Part shown: one piece after another, positions 24,207 through 38,723 of the stretch
Position numbering within the stretch: position 1 is the stretch's first letter
How the letters are laid out: each line of letters opens with the position of its first letter
NCBI GenBank assembly: GCA_051294375.1
Contig: CM119269.1
Coordinates: forward strand, 21,251,665 to 21,315,664
From: Paraspadella gotoi
Lineage: Eukaryota > Animalia > Chaetognatha
DNA length: 64,000 nt
Direction of reading: 5' to 3'
Program-made: the position numbers and the translations under genes
Notes under the pieces: model-generated
What the model was told of the DNA's origin: nothing
Seen by the model: only the letters and a program-made list of their open reading frames with translations
The model's database searches: none

Positions 24207-27200
24207 TACGGCGTCCAGATTCTTCGAGAAAAAAAAGTGTTGTTTTGTTTTGAAGTTGCGACGACAAACCAGCGATCGTATCAGAAATTTTTGAACAATT
24301 ATACGACCGAAAAAAAAAACAGTTAAAAAGTTTGTTCTCACGTGTCCCTCGTATGATTATTGTTTAGCGTGATATAATTTACAATTTTCAAATTTTACTT
24401 ATAAATAGAAGCGTATTTTCGATCGCTTCTAAGTTATTTTTTTCTTGATAACGTAAGCGTTCGTGGCGCAATTTGCTCGACGTCGTCGCCGCACCGGCCG
24501 TCGTCGCCTTTGTCGTTGTCACCGCCAGCTAAATATAGTATCCTTTCCTCGGTAAATATTTATTCTTGTAGCTTAAAAAGACACTTGATCGATCGATTCC
24601 TTCTTTTTCTCTTCTCCCCGGAGGAAACACGACACAAAATATTGTTGAGTCTTTTTCCTTTTTTTTTTTTATTCTGCGAGGGTTTTGGTTCGAGGGGATC
24701 GGGAGACATCGTTTTCTCCAGAATCTTTTTCGCCCAAAAAAATGAGAAAAAAATGTTTTGAGATGGAGCTCGGAGAGAGTTATAGAGAGAGAGAGAGAGA
24801 GAGGGAAAGAGGCGGGGAGACTAAAAGAGAGAAAATATGAATTTTCCTCGGCGCAGGAACGACGAATCGTTTCCAGACTTTTGATTTTAAACCGTCGTCG
24901 TTGTCTTCGTCGTCTTCCTCGTCGTCGTTGACGTCTTCGCCATCGATCTCGTCTCAGTCGTCGTCGTTTTCGTCATCATCGTCGTCGCCATCGTCGCCGT
25001 CGTCCCCGTCCTCTTCGCCGCCTTTGCTTCTTTTCTTGTCATGAGAAGAGATACTTTGGATAAAAATCGCGGGGCCATCAACGACCATGGTGCCGTCGAT
25101 GAATCGCCTTGGTGCCGTCGATGGAACATCGTGGTTCCAACATGGATCCATCTGCCGAAACACGAAATTCCACCCATTGATTCAACTTGTAAATCTGTGT
25201 CGTTGCCGCTGCGGGTTTCGGCGTATGAAGGAATGAGAGCGAATGAATAGACTAAAACGGACTCAATTTCCGTAAGGCATGTTAGGCGTTAGTTATGAAG
25301 CTATCTATCTATAAAGCATGAGAGAAAGGCCTTCCTATTCAATTTAAAAAAATCCAAAATTTTGGTAACTCGCATCATAATTCTTTTTTTTTTAAAATGT
25401 ATATTTTTTGGTAAACGAAAAATGCTAAAGTTGCGAAAAGACAAAGAGAAACGCCATATTTTCTCAGTCATGCTAATCAGGCGCCTAATGACCCGATGAC
25501 GACGATGACAACGAAAGACGCAACGCAAATGATCTTTTTTTTTTAATCTTCTTTCGACAATTGACGCTTCAGTCACGTGACTTCAAATTCGTGCCACGAG
25601 CGATCGTGGTTGCAGTTGTTGTCAGGCATTCTTGTCAGGCACCCATGCCGGATTATTTCTCATTTATCGTTTATTTTTTATTGTTTATTGTTTATTGTTT
25701 ATCTTGACAATCGCGATGCAGTGTAACGCCTCTAATTTTTATCACATCTAAGTTATAAGTGAATACTAGTAGCATTTTTACTGCCATGTCTCTTTCTTCA
25801 ATGCTACCATGCCACTTTACTATCTTGTCGCCATGCCACTTTGCCTGAGGAAAGTCATTTGAGGTTATGGTCGAGGTTTTTTCCCCCTTGGGTATTAAGA
25901 TTTTGTACGAGAAAAAGAAACGAAAAAAAAAGAGAAAAAAAAAAAGAAAATAAAGAAGAAAGGAAAGAAAATAATCTGAAATAGAAAATTAGGTTTATAA
26001 ATGACTTTAAATAAAATTAGTAGTTAAAATTAATTGATAGAAATGAAATTAAATAAGCAGTTAAAATAAAGGATAGAAAAAACAAAAAAAAAGAAAGAAA
26101 GAAAGAAAGAAAGAATATAAGAGAGTGAGCAAGAAAGAAAGAGAGTAAGAAAGAAAGAAAGAATGAAAAGACAGAAAGAAACGAAGAGAGAAAAGGTAGA
26201 AAGAAAGACAGAAAAACGAATGAATAAAAAGAACTTTACTGGTGATTGATGAGGCGGAGGCAGAGAGAAGAGGCGATTGACGGGAAGATGCGTGCCTCAA
26301 GGATTTCGGCTCCTCTGGGTGATGGAGAGGGGCTCCGGGATTCCTTATCCCTCGATGCTCAGGGAGAGGGGGCGCGACGGCGCGGTGCGGCGCCGGTTTT
26401 TGATTAGGGAGGAAAATTTGGGGAGATTCTTTCGGAAATGAAAAGGGTAGAGAGGGAGGAGAGCTGAGTAGTTTATCCTTTGAGTGAAAGCACTATTCGC
26501 ATTCAACCAACAAGTTGATAAGTCCGTCTAATACGTTTGAAATGGGACAGGTCAAAACGTGTCGTCCTCTTGAAGGTCGACGGTGCGTTAACGTCGTCGT
26601 CGTCGTCGTCGTCGTCATTTTCTTTCAAACAATCGGTAAATCAAAAGAGATGAAAAGCGAGACCTACTTTTCGAGGTCGAGATGGAAACATTGGTTCCAT
26701 TCGGATCGAATTACCGGAAAAAAAAATCTCATAAATTCCCGCGCTTTTCTCTTTTCCTATTTTTTTTTTTTCTCGCTTCAAATTTCAGTGCGTTGGTTTC
26801 ATTTTTTTTTTCACTACTACTAACCGAGAGCCCAGGACATGAATTCACGAGGTCAAAGGTCAATCAAATGTTCGAGAATGTCAACCGGGAATCGGTAGAA
26901 ACACGAGGTCCTTTTAATTAAAGCTCTCCTTCCGACATCCGCCCCCAATTTCCCCGAAAAAAAAACATTTCGACGAGAAAAAAAAAAAATGTTTTTCTTT
27001 TTCCTCTTGTTTATCTTTTTTCGATGTTGATTTTTGAAAATGTGTTTCCCCATTCGGTGGGAAAAATCCGTCGCGTGTGCAACGGATCGGGAACAACAGA
27101 AAAAGTCAAGGAAAAGTGGGGAAAATATGTATGAGGATAAAATGGGGAAAAGAATCAGAAAGAGAATCCGTTGGCGTGAACATTTGAGTTGTTTTTTTTG

Positions 27201-28018
27201 TTGAAATGAAGCCATCTGTCTTGGCAAGAGTCGCTTCTCTCAGTTTTCTCGACAAGTCGACTTCTCGCTGGAAATTTTAATCCATTGGCGTCGTCGTCGT
27301 CGTCGTCGTCGTCGTCTTGTCATCGTCTCCATCCCAGTTCCCGATTTCATTCGCGATCAAAATGCTCAAAATTGTCGCCGTCGGGTATTTGTTGGTTTCG
27401 GTAATTGAATCCGAAACGTCCAGTCTTGACAAGTGGTCATTCTGGGTCATGAATAATGCGCCACGTCCGCGCCCACTCACGCCATGGTTGCGCCAATCTG
27501 AAACGTTACTAGGGATGATGCAAACATCCTATTTCTATGATGTTACAGTATGATTGCGCACAAACATAATCTTTAGTCAAGACATACGCATGAAAAAGTT
27601 GTTTGTGACTCAAATTTTTTTCTCTATCATTATAAAATGAGTGCCACATTTATTGTACATTTACAATGTAAAATTACGTAAATAACTAATTCGTTTTTAT
27701 TCGCTTTTCTGATTTTAAAAAAATCGATTCATTTCATTTTGTTTGCCATTTTTATCACGACCACCTTCACCGACCCTCAGTTCTCTTTGGTCTTTACGGT
27801 TTACCCTGATAAAAGTGTACGCGCCGCGCGACGCTACGGCACGCCGCGGCTCGCCGCGCGACGCGGCGAAAGGGCAGAGTGGCGGAATTTGAGTCCATAT
27901 TTGACCAAAAATTACGGCGAGGAAAAAAGATGGGGATAAGTAATAGGTAATGGTAATCCGGACCGAGGCTTCGATTCCGACCCACGACAGCACGAAATGG
28001 TCGCCTTTACGTGTTTAA

Positions 28019-28085
<67 letters not shown>

Positions 28086-28688
28086 AAAAAGAGGGTCGGG
28101 TGGGTACGTAGTCAGAAAATCAACGGGAAAGAGCAGGAGGAACGATCAATGAGTGGAAAGGAGGAAGGAGGTAGAAAAGGAAAGAGAATGAATTGGAAGG
28201 AAAATTCCATCTCGGATCCATCGAAGAGAAAATTTTATCGCGAATCGTTTCATTTCGGGTTTACGGTTATTACCTTTTCTTTCTGAAGAGAAGGATAGAT
28301 AAGGGAAAAAAAAAGAAATGGCTTCAAAGCGTTTTAGCAATATTATGCAAACTTTATTTTCAAGGTTGGGAAGCTTTTTGTATTTGAAAGGTAATATGTT
28401 GAACAGAATATAGCTTGACTGTTTACTAAGTAGATATAGCCAACGGCATTGCCGTCGTCATCGCTGTCGTCGTCGTCGTGGTTATTTTGTTATTTTATAA
28501 CTGCGGATAACTTTCTGAAAAATGCGAGGCATTTAGATTGTTCTTCGATGAAAAGTCATCATTATTTGATACCGTGGTGTCGGTTTTCGTTTTTTTTCCT
28601 TTTCCCTCTTTCCATATTTTGGTTTTTTCCACTAGCGTGACCGAATTTACGGTATCGGCTCTTCTTTTTTATTTTCTTCTTTGAAAAG

Positions 28689-30957
28689 AATGACGAAGAT
28701 GACGAGGAAGATGATGACAACGACGACGACAACATTGACGACAACGAAGACGACAGTATCGACGACGACGACGACGACGAGGTCACCAAAGGTCGAAAAC
28801 GACGATTCTTTTTTACTCCAGTTTTTTTAAAAAAAGAAAATTAAAATGACGATCTTTACTCAAATCATTCTGTGTTGAGAGAAAACGTGAACAAATGAAA
28901 TACAACCCCTACGATAAAACAAAAGGCCCCCTAAAACGATGAACAAAAAAATAAACTTTTAAGCATCGAGATTCATCCTTTATAAACAAGAGTTACGTAA
29001 ATATTAGGCTAAATCTAACCGAATATAAGAATTGAATTAAAAGTTTTCATGCGATTTTTTTTTTCATCAGGAAATTCCGCCGTCGTCATCGTCGTCGTCG
29101 TCGTCAACAAAACGAGATGGGGGAAGAGTTGGGGAAAAAGAAGGAGGAGGAGGAGGAGGAGGAGGAGGAAGAGAAGGATGGGTTGAAAAGGGAGAGGGAG
29201 AGAGAGAGGGCGGACTGGAGAAAGGAGGCGAGAGGAGAGGAGAAAGAGGAGGGAGAGAGGAAAGAAGAATCGGGGAAGTGACCAATGGAAAAAGAGAATC
29301 GCCGAAAAAGTAAGTGAACAAGATCGCTCCTTCCAATGTGTTGCGCCGCTGTGACTTTCTTAGCCCGTGTATTTATGACGCGAATTGCGTCGGAATTCCG
29401 GCTTTTATTCTGCATAGTTTTAGGTTTTCCCGAAGGCGGCGCTAGGAGTCACTTAGATTTGAGAAATAAGAAACCAACTATAGGCGAGTTATGAGCATTT
29501 ATAACGTAAGTAGGACAGACGGACAGACCGACCGACAAACTGACGGACCGACCGAAAAGTGACTTATATAGAGTTGATTTTTAAGAATATTTTCATGTTA
29601 CGTATGTATAATTTTATTGTACATATTATATTGTGGATAAAAAAAGGCGAATAAAGACAAAATAAATAGAAAATTTAAAGGAAATAGCATATCACTGTAG
29701 CGATTTACTATTTCCAAATAAAAAGATTAAGTGCTTAAAAGGCAAATGATTAAAGGAAGGAAATCCACGGATCTTTTTTTTTTTTTAATGATCATGAATT
29801 TAACCGGATTCTTTTTTTATAAAAAAAAAAATCCTTTCCTTCGGGTTTTTTTTTCAGTATCTAGGAGGACCACATGTTTAACCTAGAAATATTTGATTTA
29901 ATTTTGGACAACCAGGCTTTTCACCGGGGAGCCCAGACTGCGTCACAGAAGGGAGATTATTCTCTACCCGCCGCTCGAAGCCTCGACTTCGCCTTGTCTT
30001 CTCAATCCGAAGGAAATCGAAAACATTTTAAAGTCAGAATTGTGGAATTTACATAAAAAAAATTATTAATGGCGTGTAGGAAAAGATTTATCGTTTTGAA
30101 AATAGGAACTCGTTTGGGCAAGACGTGAAATCGTGAGTCAAGAGACCAACATTTACATCTCCAACGCCACGCGATACTCGAGAGGTTCCATAGATCTTTT
30201 AATAGTACGAAAAGCAATAAGAACGACCCGAATTTCCTTCTCAACAAAATAAAGGTATCCACAAGCATCCCGAAACGCTCCCATCAATCCCAAAGTCTGC
30301 CACCTCTTCGGATGTTTTCAATTCGAACCCATGGACAATCAGGTGGCGGAAAAAAAAAAGGAACGTGATCTTGAAGAGGCTGGTTTTACAGGGCGCCACA
30401 CCCGCAGCGGTGTCACCTCGTGGCAACAGCGAGACAGCATGTTCATGTAGTCCAGACTTTGGATCTGGAAGTAGGCCCATGCCTACAGGCGGGTTACCCG
30501 GTCCATCCCACTTTCTACAAGACAACCTCAGGGCTCGAACCAGGGACGCACATTGGGATGGTGCATTAGTCCACTGAGCCACTGAGGCGCTGTGAAAGAA
30601 ACAGCTTTAATCCATCTGTGGTGATAGGACACCAGAATCTAACTTTTTTATATCGGACTTTTTTTTTCCCGATCTTTCTGTCTCCATCTCTTTGTCACTG
30701 TATATCGTGAATTAAACAAGCGGCACGAAATGGAATCGACGTATTAAATAGTTGGGTTAACCGCGATGAATTTTTTTTTCTAAATTTACGTATCTTTTTT
30801 TTTTTTTTTTTTTAGAAAGAATCGACGGTAGAGTTGGAGGTTTTGCGACGCCGCATCGTCGATCATCCGTGGACGTCGATCGATCTCGATCAACTCTTCA
30901 AAAAGGACGGGTTGAGGCGAGTTTGAAGTTCCTCCTCAAATTCTTCATAAATGATAA

Positions 30958-30988
<31 letters not shown>

Positions 30989-31258
30989 ATATGTATATAT
31001 ATGATATACAGTTTTGACGAGAACTGGCAAGACCGCGCCATTCAGCGACATCTACTCTTTCGCCTGCAAAAGGAGCAGAGAGAGCGAAGCGTTTGGGAGA
31101 GGCAGATGGAACAGAGACGTCTCAAGGAGCGGCGGTTGGAGCGGGTCATGCAGTTTCACTCCAACTGCCGGAAAGGAGATCGTGGGATCGATGAGGGAGA
31201 GCTGAGGGCGTCGAGGGAAGACGGCGTGATGGAGGAGAATCGAAGGAGATCGAAGAGG
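28689..31258 (+). CDS. Uncharacterised multi-exon low-complexity/coiled-coil gene (exons approx. 28689-28791, 29071-29310, 29916-30031, 30080-30341, 30816-30910, 31012-31258), continuing in the exon at ~42314 (= ~49670) and at 50.5-50.95 kb
   Basis: GC-rich blocks bounded by AG/GT. The junction KESTVELEVLRRRIVDHPWTSIDLDQLFKKDG/FDENWQDRAIQRHLLFRLQKEQRER... is in phase. No family recognised; several indels. Confidence 0.45.
29420..29577 (+). mobile_element. Short interspersed repeat with (GACA/GACC/GACG)n core, Helentron/DINE-like fragment
   Basis: ggacagacggacagaccgaccgacaaactgacggaccgaccgaaaagtgacttatatagagt is typical of non-autonomous rolling-circle relics. Termini not resolved. Confidence 0.35.
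30372..30634 (-). mobile_element. Solo LTR (or SINE) of the tRNA-containing mini-LTR family
   Basis: Minus strand starts tggtgtcctatcacc (cf. LTR tggtggactaaaatcacc) and ends cctcttca (cf. tctcttca). Contains tRNA-like gcctcag-TGGCTCAGTGG...GGTTCGAGCC-ctgaggt (30525-30588) followed by aagtgggatggaccgggtaacccgcctgtaggcatggg, shared with the LTRs at 1788-2449. Confidence 0.7.
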
Positions 31259-31401
31259 GTAGGGAGGGGAGAGAAGGGATATGGAAAAGTTAGGTAGGGT
31301 TCTGATAGTGTCTCGTACCGATAAATTTAAAAAAAAATACTATAAACTAGTCTAGTGTGGCGGTATATTCACACCGNNNNNNNNNNNNNNNNNNNNNNNN
31401 N

Positions 31402-34400
31402 AAATAAAAAAAGAACTGAATGGTTTTGAAAAAAACATTTTAGCTTCGTTAAATTAGTAAAACTAAAAATAAAGAAATATGGAAGTCGATTAAAATTCAC
31501 TCAAAATGGACTCTGGTGACGAAGACGTTTTTTCGCCGCGTCCGAAGACAAAGATTCGCCGCCGATTTTGACGTCGACGGAGAAAATTTCGTCCAAGGTG
31601 ACGCCGACGATGACGCCGACGTTTGACGAGTCGGCGACGTCAACGAAGCGGAAGAGTTCGTCGGCGACCTCGAGCGAAAGCGGACGGAGTAAAAAGGTTG
31701 TTGTTATTATTGTTATTGTTGTTGTTTCGTTTTCTACGGTCAACTCTTTTTTAAGAATTTCTTTCGATCGCGTGCTTTTTGTGGGTTTTCGTTTAATTTC
31801 GGCCAATCGAAGTTTTCAATCGTCGATAAAAAAAAAAATATCTCACAGCAGTGACAGCAACTTTCGAACTCGTTATCGCCGAAAAAGGAAATGCATGCGA
31901 CAGTTATGGTCAGTAAAGTCGGTAAAGCAATGAACGTCCAAGAGGAATCCTTGGACCAGAAACTCAAGAAGCAGAGAGTCAAAACGAAAATGCCATATTT
32001 GGAGTTGTTGGTCGGAGTCGACCCTGAGCCGGATGTCAACCACTCGAGAAATCTCCGGCGCGCCGAATCCGCTCTTCGCGTCGTCCGCGCTGGCGGAGGG
32101 CGCCGCCTTGACTTCGGGCGCGACGGTGACGTCGTCGCGTGAGGTCGTCTTTCGCAAGTCGATGACGTTGCTCTTTTGTTTCGCGTCGTCGTCGCGATTT
32201 TGTTTTCCAACGGAAGAATCATCGGAAGTTTCAGCGTCACCTCGCGGACGCTTTCGCCTCCTTCGCTTTCGGTCAGCGCTGTCACGCTTATAACAACCGT
32301 GGCGCCTCTTCAAACCCGCAGATCTTTGTCTTTGTCGTTTCTGGCGCCAACGTCTGATCCGGCGTCGTCGTCATCGTCTTTTGGCTTTCGGCGCCGCCAT
32401 AACGCCACGTCAAGCGCCATCCCACAGAGGGCGCGGCGTTTTCGACGTCAACGTCTTCGCCCATGACGCCAACTAACGATCGCGCACATGGAGTCTTCGG
32501 CGACCACGACGACGGCAGTTAGATTTCGCGGCGGCGCGGCGGTCGGCGCCGGCGGTGGGGTGGCCCAAGCTCCCGACTTGGCGCCGCCTCACGGGCGTCG
32601 CACTTTGGCGAACTGAGCCCGTCACGAAGATCTCGTGGCAACCGCGGGACGTGAACGAAGAGGCGCGTCTCCGGACCCGGCACGGGCGCCTCGGCCCGCG
32701 GCGCACTCGCACCAAGTAGCGGCACCCCAATCGAAGATCGAATATGTCGTAGGAAGATTCGCGCGTCGTCGCCGACATCGACGGAGTCGCAGCTTTGAGG
32801 GCGTTCGACGAAGACGCTCCCGCCACCTCGCATCCGTCCGGCGCCCAACGAAGCGTCACCCAATCGGCGCCGCCCGCGCTTCCGTCGACGGCGCCGCTCT
32901 CCCACGAGACGCGCGCCTTGACGAGGCCATGGCGGAAGTAGGGCGACCGGAAGTGACGTTTCGAAGCGGCGCCGGGCGAGAGCGGGCGGAGGAGGATGAG
33001 GAGAGGAGGAAGAGAGATTTATGAGAGAGTCGGGAAAAGCGGCGGCGAGGGATTTGAGGAGGACGAGGAGGGAGGAGGAGGAGGAGGAGGAGGTGGAGGA
33101 GGAGGAGGAGGATCCGCCGAGTCGTTGATCAGAAATCGCCGACGCCGGTTTGAGACCGACCACCCTCGAAACAGCGGCGTCGCGGCGTCGATGTGGATTT
33201 CGGCGTCGTTCGTCGCCGTCTTGTCTTTGTTTCCTTTTTCCAAGTCTTTCCTCTGCCGTGTTTGCCTTTCAATTTCGATTCTTTGTCCTTGTTTCTAGCG
33301 TCTTTGTCCTTGGCGCCCCATCGTTTCGAAAGTGGACACGAACAGATGCGATCTGCTCGCTCCTCAGTTTCTTCGCCGTACATGATGATCGCTTGCACCT
33401 GAACCACGTAGATGCTGTTCGGACTGCAGGTTGGCCAGCTGTACTCGCATCGAGATCCTGAAGAAGTTCGAGATCGATTTAAGGAGAATTGAGTCGGACG
33501 GATCCATGATTAAAGGATCTATCGTTGCATAAAAAAGGAATAACAACTGCCCCTGGCGAAAAAAAGAAAAGAGACGAGGAAATTCAAAACGACTGTCGCG
33601 CCACTCCACGCCTACCGGGTAATTCAAAACGACTGTCACGCCACTCCACGCCTACGGGTATAGTCTTCTTCTCCTCGTCATTCTCGGCGTCCTTGGGGCC
33701 CGACCCGGGCATTCCCTTCCTCCAGGAGATTTATACTTGTCGATGGGAAGATCCGGTCCGCTTGGGTTCCCCCCAGCGGACGAGGGCTTGAAACCTTGGA
33801 ACATCCGTCGCTGAGGACGGGTACGAGCCCGACTTGGGTGAGGTTGTGCGGCGGAGACGGGTGCTTTGGCTCCCGCCGCAGCTTGAAACCCTCGTCGTCT
33901 CGGAGAAGCCAAGCTGCCGTCGACCGCCGACCGACGCCACCCGGAAGGCGTACCATCGACCGACGGCCAACTCGCGGGTGTCGACGACCCGCTTGTGTGG
34001 CCCACGAGGAGAGATGGCTCCATTCCTTGAGGAGCATTCGGTTGAAGTGTCGCCCCTGGTGCCATCTTGCTTGGACCACGTAGACGATGGGATGGGATTT
34101 GTCATTGTCGTCGTTGTCGTCGCCGTCCTTGTACAAGTCCCACTTCAGCCTTGCGGAGAGTTTTCCTGTAATCTCTGATACAGTCAGCGCGGTCGGCCGT
34201 GGCGGATACGCGTCGAGTGGAATTGCGACGGCATTGGCGCAGTCACGTCGGCAGCCGACGCTGCAGCACTTAGCGCCGAAGTCGCAGTCGGAATCGTGGA
34301 GCAAGTTACGCTGCAGCTTGTGCCTCGGCGTAGAGGGTCTGTAAAGGAAAAGAGTTCATTGGAAGAAGGGGAAAGATAAAAACAAGACAATTTTTCGTAC

Positions 34401-37400
34401 CATAACCCTTCCCCCACACCTTACCCTGGGGGACGGGCATTCTCCTGGTGCGGGCGCCGTCGGCATTTCCGCCAAAAACCGGCAAGATGCCCGACATTCG
34501 GAGTCGTCGGCCTGACAGAACCCTAGGGCACTTGGCGGCGGCGTTGTGGACGACGTCGGCGGTGTCCGCTGCAACAACGCCCACTGTGCAAGGCCGCACG
34601 CACGACGAGCAACTTTGGTCGCGGAGGCACGTCTCCAGATTCGCGTCCAGATCCTTCAGGGACGGAGACGCCGAGAGGAGGCGCCGAAGTCGCGAGAGAC
34701 AACGCGCGCGACATCGAGCGGAGCGAAGTTCGCGAGGGCGGGAGGGGGGCGAGGGTTTGCAAGGTGGGCGGGAGGAGGAGGAGAAGGAAGAAGGCGTGGC
34801 GGAGGTGAATCATTACGGCGTCCAGATTCTTCGAGAAAAAAAATATTTCAACGCTTAAAAAAGTGTTGTTTTGTTTTGAAGTTGCGACGACAAAACCAGC
34901 GATCGTATCAGAAATTTTGGAACAATTTTACGACCGAAAAAAAAAACAGTTAAAAAGTTTGTTCTCACGTGTCCCTCGTATTGATTATTGTTTAGCGTGG
35001 TATAATTTACAATTTCAAATTTTACTTATAAATAGAAGAGCGTATTTTCGATCGCTTCTAAGTTATTTTTTTCTTGATAACGTAAGCGTTCGTGGCGCAA
35101 TTTGCTCGACGACGTCGCCGCACCGGCCGTCGTTGCCTTTGTCGTTGTCACCGCCAGCTAAATATAGTATCCTTTCCTCGTAAATATTTATTCTTGTAGC
35201 TTAAAAAGACACTTGATCGATCGATTCCTTCTTTTTCTCTTCTCCCCGGAGGAAACACGACACAAAATATTGTTGAGTCTTTTCCTTTTTTTTTTATTCT
35301 GCGAGGGTTTTGGTTCGAAGGGACCGGGAGACATCGTTTTCTCCAGAATCTTTTTCGCCCAAAAAAATGAGAAAAAATGTTTTGAGATGGAGCTCGGAGA
35401 GAGTTATAGAGAGAGAGAGAGAGGGAAAGAGGCGGGGGAGACAAAAGAGAGAAAATATGAATTTTCGTCGGCGCAGGAACGACGAATCGTTTCCAGACTT
35501 TTGATTTTAAACCGTCGTCGTTGTCTTCTCGTCGTCTTCCTCGTCGTCGTTGACGTCTTCGCCATCGATCTCGTCTCAGTCGTCGTCGTTTTCGTCATCA
35601 TCGTCGTCGCCATCGTCGCCGTCGTCCCCGTCCTCTTCGCCGCCTTTGCTTCTTTCTTGTCATGAGAAGAGATACTTTGGATAAAAATCGCGGGGCCATC
35701 ACGACCATGGTGCCGTCGATGAATCGCCTTGGTGCCGTGGATGGAACATCGTGGTTCCAACATGGATCCATCTGCCGAAACACGAAATTCCACCCATTGA
35801 TATCAACTATGTAAATCTGTGTCGTTGCCGCTGCGGGTTTCGGCGTATGAAGGAATGAGAGCGAATGAATAGACTAAAACGGACTCAATTTCCGTAAGGC
35901 ATGTTAGGCGTTAGTTATGAAGCTATCTATCTATAAAGCATGAGAGAAAGCCTTCCTATTCAATTTAAAAAAATCCAAAATTTTGGTAACTCGCATCATA
36001 ATTCTTTTTTTAAAAAATGTATATTTTTTGGTAAACGAAAAATGCTAAAGTTGCGAAAAGACAAAGAGAAACGCCATATTTTCTCAGTCATGCTAATCAG
36101 GCGCCTAATGACCCGATGACGACGATGACAACGAAAGACGCAACGCAAATGATCTTTTTTTTTTAATCTTCTTTCGACAATTGACGCTTCAGTCACGTGA
36201 CTTCAAATTCGTGCCACGAGCGATCGTGGTTGCAGTTGTTGTCAGGCATTCTTGTCAGGCACCCATGCCGGATTATTTCTCATTTCTCGTTTATTATTTA
36301 TTGTTTATTGTTTATTGTTTATCTTGACAATCGCGATGCAGTGTAACGCCTCTAATTTTTATCACATCTAAGTTATAAGTGAATACTAGTAGCATTTTTA
36401 CTGCCATGTCTCTTTCTTTCATGCTACCATGCCACTTTACTATCTTGTCGCCATGCACTTTGCCTGAGGAAAGTCATTTGAGGTTATGGTCGAGGTTTTT
36501 TCCCCCTTGGTATTAAGATTTTGTACGAGAAAAAGAAACGAAAAAAAAAAGAGAAAAAAAAAAGAAAATAAAGAAAGAAGGAAAGAAAATAATCTGAAAT
36601 AGAAAATTAGGTTTATAAATGACTTTAAATAAAATTAGTAGTTAAAATTAATTGATAGAAATGAAATTAAATAAGCAGTTAAAATAAAGGATAGAAAAAC
36701 AAAAAAAAAGAAAGAAAGAAAGAAAAAAGAATATAGAGAGTGAGCAAGAAAGAAAGAGAGTAAGAAAGAAAGAAAGAATGAAAAGACAGAAAGAAACGAA
36801 GAGAGAAAAGGTAGAAGAAAGACAGAAAACGAATGATAAAAAGAACTTTACTGGTGATTGATGAGGCGGAGGCAGAGAGAAGAGGCGATGACGGGAAGAT
36901 GCGTGCCTCAAGGATTTCGGCTCCTCTGGGTGATGGAGAGGGGCTCCGGGATTCCTTATCCCTCGATGCTCAGGGAGAGGGGCGCGACGGCGCGGTGCGG
37001 CGCCGGTTTTTGATTAGGAGGAAATAATTTGGGAGATTCTTTCGGAAATGAAAAGGTAGAGAGGGAAGAGAGCTGAGTAGTTTATCCTTTGAGTGAAAGC
37101 ACTATTCGCATTCAACCAACAAGTTGATGAGTCCATCTAATACGTTTGAAATGGACAAGTCAAAACGTGTCGTCCTCTTGAAGGTCGACGTGCGTTAACG
37201 TCGTCGTCGTCGTCGTCGTCGTCATTTTCTTTCAAACAATCGGTAATCAAAAGAGATGAAAAGCGAGACCTACTTTTCGAGGTCGAGATGGAAACATTGG
37301 TTCCATTCGGATCGAATTACCGGAAAAAAAAATCTCATAAATTCCCGCGCTTTTCTCTTTTCCTATTTTTTTTTTTTTCTCGCTTCAAATTTCAGTGCGT

Positions 37401-38675
37401 TGGTTTCATTTTTTTTTTTCACTACTACTAACCGAGAGCCCAGGACATGAATTCACGAGGTCAAAGGTCAATCAAATGTTCGAGAATGTCCAACCGGGAA
37501 TCGGTAGAAACACGGTCCTTTTAATTAAAGCTCTCCTTCCGACATCCGGCCCCCAATTTCCCGAAAAAAAAACATTTCGACGAGAAAAAAAAAATGTTTT
37601 TTCTTTTCCCTCTTGTTTATCTTTTTTCGATGTTGATTTTTGAAAATGTGTTTCCCCATTCGGTGGGAAAAATCCGTCGCGTGTGCAACGGATCGGGAAC
37701 AACAGAAAAAGTCAAGGAAAAGTGGGGAAAATATGTATGAGGATAAAATGGGGAAAAGAATCAGAAAGAGAATCCGTTGGCGTGAACATTTGAGTTGTTT
37801 TTTTTGTTGAAATGAAGCCACTGTCTTGGCAAGAGTCGCTTCTCTCAGTTTTCTCGACAAGTCGACTTCTCGCTGGAAATTTTAATCCATTGGCGTCGTC
37901 GTCGTCGTCGTCGTCGTCCGTCGTCGTCGTCTTGTCATCGTCTCCATCCCAGTTCCCGATTTCATTCGCGATCAAAATCCTCAAAATTGTCGCCGTCGGG
38001 TATTTGTTGGTTTCGGTAATTGAATCCCGAAACGTCCAGTCTTGACAAGTGGTCATTCTGGGTCATGAATAATGCGCCACGTCCGCGCCCACTCACGCCA
38101 TGGTTGCGCCAATCTGAAACGTTACTAGGGATGATGCAAACATCCTATTTCTATGATGTTACAGTATGATTGCGCACAAACATAATCTTTAGTCAAGACA
38201 TACGCATGAAAAAGTTGTTTGTGACTCAAATTTTTTCTCTATCATTATAAAATGAGTGCCATATTTATTGTACATTTACAATGTAAAATTACGTAAATAA
38301 CTAATTCGTTTTCATTCGCTTTTCTGATTTTAAAAAATCGATTCATTTCATTTTGTTTGCCATTTTTATCACGACCACCTTCACCTCCACCCTCAGTACT
38401 CTTTGGTCTTTACGGTTTACCCTGATAAAAGTGTACGCGCCGCGCGACGCTACGGCACACCGCGGCTCGCCGCGCGACGCTACGGCACGCCGCGGCTCGG
38501 CCGCGCGACGCGGCGAAAGGCAGAGTGGCGGAATTTGAGTCCATATTTGACCAAAAATTACGGCGAGGAAAAAAGATGGGGATAAGTAATAGGTAATGGT
38601 AATCCGGGACCGAGGCTTCGATTCCGACCCACGACAGCACGAAATGGTCGCCTTACGTGTTTAGAGAGAGAGAGA

Positions 38676-38723
<48 letters not shown>

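Noticed and set aside
30525-30588. Genuine tRNA gene
   Set aside because: Too short with truncated arms, no oligo-T terminator, and embedded in a repeat.
31740-34813. Second anosmin gene or pseudogene
   Set aside because: Lesions are mostly scattered 1-nt indels and the copy abuts 25-N gaps, so it is better explained as a noisy redundant haplotype.
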